A DNA stretch of 39,291 bases from a virus (taxonomy: Duplodnaviria > Caudoviricetes): the IMG/VR virus record IMGVR_UViG_3300025018_000280, positions 1-39,291 of that record; one strand, given 5' to 3'. Of this stretch, positions 8,398 to 16,710 are shown one piece after another. How positions within the stretch are numbered: position 1 is the first letter of the stretch; every line of letters starts with the position of its first letter. Under the pieces are notes generated by a model. That model had not been told where the DNA came from and ran no database searches. It was given only the letters and a program-made list of their open reading frames with translations. The position numbers were made by a program, and so were the translations under genes.

Positions 8398-8877
8398 TTA
8401 CTTTTCTTTAGTTATTATTTCTGCTACTATTTCACTTTTTCTATTGACTTTGTTATCCTCTCTCAATTCTATTTCTTTATTTATAAGCTCAACAGACTTG
8501 CTAACTCTTTCGTAGTCAACAATAATACTTTGTATTTCATTATTTACCATTTCAGTTAATTCTGGCTCTTCAAAACCTCTTTCAATATACTCCCAACGAA
8601 TAGCGTCAGGGTATTGAGTTGCTTTTAAATATTTAGGATATTCAACCTCAATAAGTTTTTTATCGTGGTTTTTTTTCATTTCTAGAAGTTTCTCATCATT
8701 TCTTATATTCAAACTCTCTTTCTTTGTTTCAGCAATCCACTCTGCATCAGTGGTTGGCACTTCCCAGCCAATCTCTTCATAGGTAGTGGAACCAACTGTC
8801 AATTCTTTATCAGTATTAAAATACATTGCTGTTAAAATCAATATTATTATTATTATTAATGTTTCTTTTATTCTCAT
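8398..8877 (-). CDS. Membrane-anchored coiled-coil protein
   Basis: N-terminal LIIIIILILTAMYF then charged helical region. Confidence 0.7.
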   Translation of the reverse strand: MRIKETLIIIIILILTAMYFNTDKELTVGSTTYEEIGWEVPTTDAEWIAETKKESLNIRNDEKLLEMKKNHDKKLIEVEYPKYLKATQYPDAIRWEYIERGFEEPELTEMVNNEIQSIIVDYERVSKSVELINKEIELREDNKVNRKSEIVAEIITKEK

Positions 8878-8878
8878 A

Positions 8879-11587
8879 TTATTGTCCTATTAATATTGTT
8901 GAAGTAGCATTTGAGCCAGTATCTGAACAATCAGTAGTTCCACAAGTCATCGTTCCATTAATGGTATAGCAATAAGTCCAACCACCCAAGTCTATATCTT
9001 GTATTCCCATACAACCCTTTTTGCCTGTATCATCTGCACCAATAACAAAGTTACCAGTTGTAGTGGCATTTCCTGTTATATTTAAATTATCTGAGAAAGT
9101 GAAGTCCCCGCTTTTAGTTGAGGTAGCTATATATTTATTATCCCATAGAACATCAAAGAAAGGTAAAGTTGTTGATGACATCCAGTTACTAGTGTCCCAT
9201 ACAAGCATTGAACCATAAGATAAGCTAGAAGTAGATATATCTCCGATTGAGCCGAGTGTTTGGTCGTTTAGGTCAGTTAGATATCCTGATAAGCTATGAT
9301 CACCCCAACCATAAGCTGTGTCCCAATTTGTAATATTTAAGTTGGCACCAGTTACATTGCCTGTAACAGTTAAATTACCGACAATATCTGCATTACCTCC
9401 AACATAAAGGCTATCAGTAGTTGTTACATTATTAAATTGCCCATATCCAGTTACTGTTAAATCACCAGAAAAAACTGGACTATCAATAACACTTAAAACA
9501 CCACTACTATTTTCTAGGTTAGTGCCTGTTAAGTCTGAGAAGTATTCACTGTTTAATCCTAGTAGTGAGGTATAGAAAGATGTTGAGGTAGCACTGCCAA
9601 TATTAAGAGTTGAAAAATATGGAGAAGTTGATGCTGTTATTATTCCACTATCAGCTCTAAGCCAACCAGTCAATGTGCTTAGTATTGGTAAAGATGAAAA
9701 AGTCCAAGTTCCTGTAATTGTTTCATCTCTGTTAGATTTGGCATAGGTTGTATCCGATAAAGTAATCGGGGTTTCCATATGTGAGTAGTTGCCAGTATTC
9801 TTGTATGTCCAGTGAATATCTCTAGCGGCGGATGAGTCTGTCCAACCATAAACTTTCATTACTAATCTATCTGTTCCGTCTGAGTTAAATGGAAAATCCT
9901 CGCTTCCTGTAAATGTAGTAACAACTTCTTCAACAGTTAGATTGTTTATTTCTGTTGTTGTGGCTGTTCCAAGTAAGGTTTCAGTTCCCAAAATATCTCG
10001 TTTATAGCCCTTTAAAACAACACGAGAGTCACCTGCTGCCGAGCTAACATAAGAATTAACAAATATCTTAGTATTACCTGCTGGGTAGTTAGTAATTGAA
10101 ATATCAGTTGATGTTGAGATATAAGTATCTATTAAACAATACCCTTCATCTGTGCTTGAAATAGCTGAACAAGACTCGTCAATCGGTGTTGCTCCGTCTG
10201 GATAAGTAAACATATCCTCGTAAGTAGCGACATCAGAATTTGTATTATGAGGATAGAAAGTAACTTGAGCTCCAATAGGTGAAGGCTCTGTCATACATTC
10301 ACCATTAGTAAAACATAGTTTAGTGGTAGTAGCTACGCTAGAAACTTCAATATTAGTGAAGTTACCAGTTGTCGCTGTAATAGCGTTTACAACTATACTG
10401 CTGACGTTTTTCCAAAAGCCCTGAGTATTATCCCAAGCGAATAAATCATTATCGGCATTTGAGCTTGTTTTAACATCTTGATTGTCGTTTAAATCGTGAG
10501 GGAAGCTAGGGTCAACTTCAATTTTTCCTAGCGTAGTATGAGAGTAATCAACTTCACCAATTCTAACACTATAATAAGGGGCTACTGGTTTAGTTATAGT
10601 CATATTCCTATAATCGTTCAAAGATCCGTCTGTTGAGGTAGCAAGATACAGAATATACCCGTCCGTTAATCCAGAAGTATCTATTTCGTTTAATACGCCA
10701 TATTTAGTAATTACGCCATCTGTGTTGTTTTCTATGTCGTGAGTAGTAACACCGACAACAGTAGCTTTTAATTCTGTATCAGCACTTGCTGGCTCAATAC
10801 AAGGTCTTTGATTGACAACTGTTCCAGTTAAATAAACCGCTGTGCCGTCTAAAATCGTATCTCCTGTATTACAGTTTCTGACATCTTTCCAAAGCTCTTT
10901 TCCGATGTTTAAAATAGTATCTGGTTCGCTGTTATAAAAAGACAAACCGCTATTTGAGCCGTATTCTTCATAAAATAAAAGTCCGGGAGCGTAAGTCGGA
11001 GCTGTTGTTGTTGGTAATTTAAGCCAGCCGACATAATGTTGTCCTGTGGTAGTGGCATTTCCATTAAAATAAGAATTGCCTGTTACTTCAAGAATATTGC
11101 CTAGTGTAGTAGTAGCATTGTTACCAACTAACACGGTATAAGAAGTGTCAGAGGGATAAATAGCTAGACTATCTGTTGTTGTAGCCCATACACCAGAACC
11201 ACCTGCTCCTTGTAAATCAGTTCCCCAAGACGGTAATCCAGCGCTTACTTTCAATACTTGTCCTGCTGTGCCAATACCAAGATTGACCCAGTCAGAACCA
11301 TCAAAGTATATTGTATCTCCTGTTGAGGTTGAGGTTAAGTTTACATCTGATAAGCTAGAAAAGTATGATACTCCGCCTGAGCTCCATTCTGTTATACAAC
11401 TTCCACCAAGACAATATTCAGTAGATGATGGGACGGCATAGTCAGAGCCACTTTTAATTGGCTCTATATAATTTCCTGTAATCCATTGCCATTTTGGAGT
11501 TCCACTTATTGTTTGAGCAGAAACAAAAGAGCCAAATCCAATAATAAGTAAAAACAATATAATTATTTTGTAACTTAACTTACTCAT
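8879..11587 (-). CDS. Large secreted Ser/Thr-rich fibre-like protein
   Basis: Signal peptide ending FVSA; fibre-type repeats (LSDVNL, GTAGQVLKV, NWDTAYGWGDH); many ATTT/ATST motifs. Confidence 0.7.
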   Translation of the reverse strand: MSKLSYKIIILFLLIIGFGSFVSAQTISGTPKWQWITGNYIEPIKSGSDYAVPSSTEYCLGGSCITEWSSGGVSYFSSLSDVNLTSTSTGDTIYFDGSDWVNLGIGTAGQVLKVSAGLPSWGTDLQGAGGSGVWATTTDSLAIYPSDTSYTVLVGNNATTTLGNILEVTGNSYFNGNATTTGQHYVGWLKLPTTTAPTYAPGLLFYEEYGSNSGLSFYNSEPDTILNIGKELWKDVRNCNTGDTILDGTAVYLTGTVVNQRPCIEPASADTELKATVVGVTTHDIENNTDGVITKYGVLNEIDTSGLTDGYILYLATSTDGSLNDYRNMTITKPVAPYYSVRIGEVDYSHTTLGKIEVDPSFPHDLNDNQDVKTSSNADNDLFAWDNTQGFWKNVSSIVVNAITATTGNFTNIEVSSVATTTKLCFTNGECMTEPSPIGAQVTFYPHNTNSDVATYEDMFTYPDGATPIDESCSAISSTDEGYCLIDTYISTSTDISITNYPAGNTKIFVNSYVSSAAGDSRVVLKGYKRDILGTETLLGTATTTEINNLTVEEVVTTFTGSEDFPFNSDGTDRLVMKVYGWTDSSAARDIHWTYKNTGNYSHMETPITLSDTTYAKSNRDETITGTWTFSSLPILSTLTGWLRADSGIITASTSPYFSTLNIGSATSTSFYTSLLGLNSEYFSDLTGTNLENSSGVLSVIDSPVFSGDLTVTGYGQFNNVTTTDSLYVGGNADIVGNLTVTGNVTGANLNITNWDTAYGWGDHSLSGYLTDLNDQTLGSIGDISTSSLSYGSMLVWDTSNWMSSTTLPFFDVLWDNKYIATSTKSGDFTFSDNLNITGNATTTGNFVIGADDTGKKGCMGIQDIDLGGWTYCYTINGTMTCGTTDCSDTGSNATSTILIGQ

Positions 11588-12504
11588 AATTTATCCTCTA
11601 TATTATCTAATGTTTCTAAAATATCTAATACAGACTTTTCTAACTTATCTTTTATATCTGTATTTTTTATAGCCTTTATTATTTCGTCTTTGTTTTTTGC
11701 TGTTTTAACATCAGACTTATTTTCTAAATCTGAAATCATATTCTTTAAATCTGATATGTCATTTTTAGAAACAACACCCTCTAATTTTTCAAGGACTAAC
11801 TCTCTCTTTAACATAATCAATGTAGCTAAAACCATTGTTATATCTTTTTGTTTTGGTATTTTTATGTTTCCTATCTTTTCATCTACTATTATATTTGTTT
11901 CATCTATCTGTTCTGATAGTTTACTTATGTTTTCATTAACACCAGATAGGTCTGTTTTTGGTATATTTATATTAGAAATCCTATCATTAACATCACTTAT
12001 CTTTGGAATAATACCCTTTATTTGGTCTAAAATTGACTTTTGAGAGGTTTTTAATTCTTTCTTGATAGGTGATAGGTCTGTTTTCTCACAAGGCTTTATA
12101 TCTGATATTTCCTTTTTAACTATTTCTTTAACTATTTCTTTTATTTTTTTATAGTCAATATCAGAACCTCCGCCACCACCTCCACCTAAAACAAACATAT
12201 CCCTAACCACGATATTAGTTTCTTCAACTTGATAATTCAAATCCCTTTCAGTGTATCCGCTATCGGTATAAACAACTGTAATAATTCTAAGTTGTCTGCC
12301 GTTACCTGTTGGGTCGCCAGGAAGTTTATAGGTATATTTAAACCTGCCTTTATCATCAGTGCTTTCTGTCATTTCCTCACCATCAACTAAAGCCTCGTCT
12401 GTATCGGCGTCTCTAATCCAAACTTTGACATACTTTTGACCGAAATCTCTTTCGTTGTATATCTGTCTAGTGGCAAAATAATTCCTATAAGGTTGAAAAA
12501 ACAT
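11584..12504 (-). CDS. Hypothetical structural protein (beta domain, poly-Gly linker, coiled coil)
   Basis: 306 aa; GGGGGGG linker; KTDLS repeats; ATGA overlap with next gene. Confidence 0.7.
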   Translation of the reverse strand: MFFQPYRNYFATRQIYNERDFGQKYVKVWIRDADTDEALVDGEEMTESTDDKGRFKYTYKLPGDPTGNGRQLRIITVVYTDSGYTERDLNYQVEETNIVVRDMFVLGGGGGGGSDIDYKKIKEIVKEIVKKEISDIKPCEKTDLSPIKKELKTSQKSILDQIKGIIPKISDVNDRISNINIPKTDLSGVNENISKLSEQIDETNIIVDEKIGNIKIPKQKDITMVLATLIMLKRELVLEKLEGVVSKNDISDLKNMISDLENKSDVKTAKNKDEIIKAIKNTDIKDKLEKSVLDILETLDNIEDKL

Positions 12505-12505
12505 T

Positions 12506-12946
12506 TTATCTCTCTATTGTAATTATTTTTACACTTGATGCTGATGATGTAGCCCAAACTTCACCAGTAAACTGATTGTCTGGTGTTATATCATAATAAC
12601 CACCTTCATTTTCTAATCTAATACCTGTTAATTCTGTAATAGTAGAAGTAGCAGAAGCATCACAACCACTTGCTAATTCAGCAAAATTATGACACAAAGC
12701 ATCGTTAGTGATATACAAATATACATCACTTGTATCGTCATCATTGATAATTCTGGCATATCTTCTACCAGTTTTATTGTCCAATACTTTTACTGGAACA
12801 TTTGTCGCAAAAGAACCAGTGCTTGTTGATGTTATAACTGGGTTTTGTAAATCATTAAATTCACTAAAACCTAATTTTTCAACAGCCACTCCACCACTTA
12901 ACAAAACTATAATAGTTGATAGAACGGCAATAATTGATTTTTTCAT
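12506..12946 (-). CDS. Membrane-anchored/secreted jelly-roll-like minor structural protein
   Basis: Hydrophobic N-terminus; RRYARIIND...VYL...GIRL...FTGEVWA pattern seen in phage minor virion proteins. Confidence 0.6.
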   Translation of the reverse strand: MKKSIIAVLSTIIVLLSGGVAVEKLGFSEFNDLQNPVITSTSTGSFATNVPVKVLDNKTGRRYARIINDDDTSDVYLYITNDALCHNFAELASGCDASATSTITELTGIRLENEGGYYDITPDNQFTGEVWATSSASSVKIITIER

Positions 12947-12988
12947 AGATATTTTAAGTTAATTATCTTTTTGTTTAACTGTCTTAAT

Positions 12989-13014
12989 CTTGTCCACCAA
13001 TTATGATGGACAAG
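12989..13014 (-). promoter_or_regulatory. Intergenic hairpin related to 43..79
   Basis: Minus strand CTTGTCCATCA-TAAT-TGGTGGACAAG. Confidence 0.6.
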
Positions 13015-13023
13015 TAAAAACAA

Positions 13024-13671
13024 CTAATCAGCGACTAAATATTCTTCCATCATACAAGCGATGTTCTCATTGTTTGAATAAACGATTTGCATACACTCTA
13101 GACTAGCCCATCCGTCGGCTGCAATAGTATCAACATTGGTATCAATACCCAATAAGTTCATACCTGCTCCTGCGGCGATAGTCATAACTGCTGTTGTAGA
13201 AGCGTTATGAATAATCCACTCTCGCTTACTTCCTATTTCTGGGAGTAAAGTCATCATTGTGCTTGTAGCTGGTAGAGTATGTGTAATAGCACCACCTGCT
13301 GTAAAGTCTAAATTAAGATAACTATAATCCTCAATATCAGCTTGAACTAAGGTATAGGTTGTAGCATCTGTGGTAGTGGAAATATAAGTTCCATTGCCAG
13401 TAGTTAGTATATCAAGGTTGGTATCACCAGTAGTGGTTAATGCTCCAGTAAGGGTTAATGCTCCATCAATCTGAACATCTTGAGTAAATATCTCATCTTC
13501 AAAATTAACACCACCTAAGGTAGCATCACTTGAAGCTTCAATATAATTACCATAGATATTAATTACCTTCTCACCTAGACCACCAGCGAAACTAACTGAA
13601 CCAACCGCTAAAACAGCAACGCCGATAATAGCTAGCCAGAGAGATAAGTTGTTTGTTTTTTGCTTTCTCAT
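13024..13671 (-). CDS. Signal-peptide-bearing capsid-decoration/fibre-like protein
   Basis: Directly after major capsid; LWLAIIGVAVLAVGSVSFA leader; ITHTLPA...WIIHN motif. Confidence 0.6.
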   Translation of the reverse strand: MRKQKTNNLSLWLAIIGVAVLAVGSVSFAGGLGEKVINIYGNYIEASSDATLGGVNFEDEIFTQDVQIDGALTLTGALTTTGDTNLDILTTGNGTYISTTTDATTYTLVQADIEDYSYLNLDFTAGGAITHTLPATSTMMTLLPEIGSKREWIIHNASTTAVMTIAAGAGMNLLGIDTNVDTIAADGWASLECMQIVYSNNENIACMMEEYLVAD

Positions 13672-13690
13672 AGCTTTTTTGGGTTAGTTA

Positions 13691-14905
13691 TTAAGAAACA
13701 TCAATCTGAACATCAACAACTTCTTTCGCTAGTTCGGTGAACAATTTAGTTCCATATAAAGTTTCTACGATAATATCCTTACCAAGATAGATATAACTAT
13801 CACCACTTCGGTCTTTATCATAACCATTTGGAGTCTTTTGAATAGCCAAAGAAATCTTATCTTTAACACCAAATACTAAATGCTGAACCTGTTTTGATAG
13901 AGTGATATTAGCAGAAGCAAAAGTTTCACTGACTGCAATATCAGAACCACCATACATATAAACAGTTACATAAGTAGTGCCATCAACAGCGTCTAGACCT
14001 TCTAAAGCTAAACGAGTAGCTTCGGTATCAGACAAAGTAGTATAAACATCAGCAACTGAAGTAAATGGAGCGTCTAGGGCGGTAACAATGTTATCGCAAG
14101 TCGCCGCCACTGAAGCACCAATTTGAATACCACCAGCGGTAGCAGTAGTAGTTTCTAAGGTAAAGGTAATTCCGTTAATTGTGAAAGTATCACCATCAGA
14201 AGCATTGGTAGTTCCGAAGTTAATACGAGTTTCAAACAAAGAATTGTTGGTCATATACATCTCCATACCATACAAATTCCTCAAGAAACCGTTTTCTGTA
14301 ACCTTATCACCTAGTCCGGACTCTTTACCGCCTCTATATTGGTCTAGGATATTGATAAAGTTTGGAGATAACGCACCAAATCGTCTTGAAGTATCAGCAC
14401 TTTGAGCATTCAACTTCTCACCAACTGCGGTAATAACTTTCCAGACATTACCTGTATCTAAAGAAATTGGAGTTCCAGCTGAACCACCAACTGAACCTGC
14501 GTCCACTACATTAGCAGACGGCACATTGATAACTTCACCCAATACTTTACCATCAATGTAATTAGCCATTTGAGTAGCATCAATTCTTGCTAATTCATTT
14601 TTAACATCAAACGAACCTTGGATAAGTGTTCTGTTGTCAATGAAACGAGTGATAGCTTTCCACTGATCAATATCAATATATTCATCAGTAATGGTAGTAT
14701 CACCACGACCAACCGCACCCGTTGAAGCTACGCTTCTAACTGCAGCCTTTGAGCCATAAGGAAAGTGAACTCGGTAACCTAACTTTAGATGTCCCTCTTC
14801 TTCTTTCCGTCTAGCAATCTTTGGGAAGATAGCCACTTTAAGCAATAAGGCTTGTGCCATTTTTGCCCAAAATTGACCATATCCACCTGAATAACTATTA
14901 GCCAT
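13691..14905 (-). CDS. Major capsid protein (HK97 fold, P22-coat-like) with inserted domain
   Basis: Follows scaffold; EYIDIDQWK, MANYIDGKVL, RFGALSP, LYGMEMYMTNN, LYGTKLF motifs. Confidence 0.85.
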   Translation of the reverse strand: MANSYSGGYGQFWAKMAQALLLKVAIFPKIARRKEEEGHLKLGYRVHFPYGSKAAVRSVASTGAVGRGDTTITDEYIDIDQWKAITRFIDNRTLIQGSFDVKNELARIDATQMANYIDGKVLGEVINVPSANVVDAGSVGGSAGTPISLDTGNVWKVITAVGEKLNAQSADTSRRFGALSPNFINILDQYRGGKESGLGDKVTENGFLRNLYGMEMYMTNNSLFETRINFGTTNASDGDTFTINGITFTLETTTATAGGIQIGASVAATCDNIVTALDAPFTSVADVYTTLSDTEATRLALEGLDAVDGTTYVTVYMYGGSDIAVSETFASANITLSKQVQHLVFGVKDKISLAIQKTPNGYDKDRSGDSYIYLGKDIIVETLYGTKLFTELAKEVVDVQIDVS

Positions 14906-14941
14906 AATATTATTATTTATTTAATATTATGCCTTTACAGT

Positions 14942-15724
14942 CTATTTCTGATAATCAGCCCATTCTAAGAATTTATCAGCTGGAAGTTTTAAGGCTTCCT
15001 CCTCGGTCATAGTTTTATAGTCTATAACCGTGTTGTCTGTTTTCTTATTAGAGGTAGTTTCTGCTGTCTTCTTATTCCCTAAATTTGGTTTAATCTCTTT
15101 CCCAAAAATATAGAAAAGTGATTTGAAGTTATCAGACCCATACTTGCTAAATGCTAGCTTTTTTAAGGCTTCTTTATGGTTTTTAGCTTCTGGTTCTACT
15201 TCTAACAATTCGTCAAACTCATTGTTAAATTCATTGTCTTGAGCTTTCATTTCCCTGTCTTCTCGCCATTCTTTTAATTCTTCCTCGCTTATAGGCGATT
15301 TAGTCTTAGAAGTAATGTTATCTGCGAGCTTCTTGGCAAATGTTGGGTCAACTCCATACTCCTCAGCCAGTTCTTCAAGCTCATCTTTTTTGTCAGAGTT
15401 AGACATAGAGCTTTCTTTAATAGCTTTTATGTCCTCTCTTAATGAGCTGATTTCACTTTCTAAGTTTTGGCGTTTTTCCTTTTCAGCTTTGTATTTCCTG
15501 TAAGGCACTTTTGGAACACGATTTTCTTCGTCTTCCTCATCAGATTTTTCTTCAGGTTTTTGTTCAGGTTCTTCCTCTTTACCTTCATCAGCTTTCGCCT
15601 CGGGTTCTTCTTCGGTATTTTTTACCTCCTCAGGTAGTTCACTTTCACCCTTTAATTCTTTGGATAGCTTTTCGTCTTCTGCTCTTAATTCTGCCTCCAA
15701 GTCTGGGTTTAATTCTGTGTCCAT
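14942..15724 (-). CDS. Capsid scaffolding protein
   Basis: Acidic N-terminus, VPYRKYKAEKEKRQ coiled coil, C-terminal MTEEE helix; between portal and capsid. Confidence 0.8.
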   Translation of the reverse strand: MDTELNPDLEAELRAEDEKLSKELKGESELPEEVKNTEEEPEAKADEGKEEEPEQKPEEKSDEEDEENRVPKVPYRKYKAEKEKRQNLESEISSLREDIKAIKESSMSNSDKKDELEELAEEYGVDPTFAKKLADNITSKTKSPISEEELKEWREDREMKAQDNEFNNEFDELLEVEPEAKNHKEALKKLAFSKYGSDNFKSLFYIFGKEIKPNLGNKKTAETTSNKKTDNTVIDYKTMTEEEALKLPADKFLEWADYQK

Positions 15725-15756
15725 AGTTTTAAGTTGTCTAACTGTGATTTAAATAT

Positions 15757-15876
15757 GCGTGATCAACGCTAACGATTTGTTTTACAAGACTTGACTGTCT
15801 TGGTCTTACGGCGACATTTCTGCCAAATAAGGACAACCTGAAAGCCTTAATTGACAGGATAGTCGCCATAAAACAA
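15757..15876 (-). ncRNA. Structured 5' leader of scaffold gene
   Basis: Stems TTGTTTTA/TAAAACAA, GGCGAC/GTCGCC, CTGTCAA/TTGGCAG, TAAGG/CCTTA, CAAGAC/GTCTTG, GCGT/ACGC. Confidence 0.55.
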
Positions 15877-15879
15877 CGA

Positions 15880-16062
15880 CTATTTAACTTTTAGTTTAAA
15901 CTTTTTAGCAAAACTATCAGCTAAGTCTTTGGCTTCTTTGCCGTGGACTTTATCAGAGAATATTCTTCTTTCATTCCCTAACTCATCTACAACAACATAA
16001 ACGCCTTTTTTGGTTTCTTCAACCCCTTGTGGTTCTTCAACCACTGTTTTTGTTCTTGCCAT
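15880..16062 (-). CDS. Hypothetical protein
   Basis: 60 aa ORF in operon context. Confidence 0.7.
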   Translation of the reverse strand: MARTKTVVEEPQGVEETKKGVYVVVDELGNERRIFSDKVHGKEAKDLADSFAKKFKLKVK

Positions 16063-16079
16063 AATTTTTATATTATTAT

Positions 16080-16379
16080 TTAGTTGGATATTTCTTTATT
16101 TATTTTATTAATTTGGTCATTAACATAATTATTAGCTCCATTATAGTCACCTGATTTTACATATCGTTTAACTTCACCCATAGCTTTATCATAATTAACT
16201 CTACCCATTAATGTTGAATAATGTTTTAATGGCTCACTGTATCTAGTAGTTAGTATTCTTTCATTCTTATTCTGATTTATTTTATTTTTAGCAATTTTTA
16301 TACCAGTTTTTGCTATATCCTGTAATACTCCTCCCTTAATATCTTTTATGTTTTCTTTAAATTGTTTTATGTATCTCAT
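16080..16379 (-). CDS. Hypothetical protein
   Basis: 99 aa ORF tightly packed in operon. Confidence 0.65.
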   Translation of the reverse strand: MRYIKQFKENIKDIKGGVLQDIAKTGIKIAKNKINQNKNERILTTRYSEPLKHYSTLMGRVNYDKAMGEVKRYVKSGDYNGANNYVNDQINKINKEISN

Positions 16380-16380
16380 A

Positions 16381-16710
16381 TTATTTTGCTTCTTCTATAT
16401 TTTTAACTATATATTTGGCATAGTTTTTAGCCGATAAAAAGTAATTAAGTAATTCGTTATAGACTTTAATTTCTGCTAACATCTGTATTCTTTCTCTATC
16501 ATCAATGGTTGTTTCTGTTGTTAGACGCTCTTTATTAGCCCTAATTTTGCCCATATAGCGATTTAATAGGTCAGAGATGGGTTTAACCTTAGCTAACTCT
16601 ATTTGAGGGGCTAATTCCATCAATTCCCTTTGCCAGCCGTCTATCACGGCTATATCTGCTTCACTGCTATACTCCTTTTTTAATTCTTCTATTTTTTGGT
16701 ATATACTCAT
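16381..16710 (-). CDS. Hypothetical portal-adjacent helical protein
   Basis: 109 aa; ATGA overlap with portal stop. Confidence 0.7.
   Translation of the reverse strand: MSIYQKIEELKKEYSSEADIAVIDGWQRELMELAPQIELAKVKPISDLLNRYMGKIRANKERLTTETTIDDRERIQMLAEIKVYNELLNYFLSAKNYAKYIVKNIEEAK

Noticed and set aside
11584-11587. Alternative genetic code (TGA or TAG recoding)
   Set aside because: Long genes are intact in code 11, and TGA/TAG end genes at tight junctions
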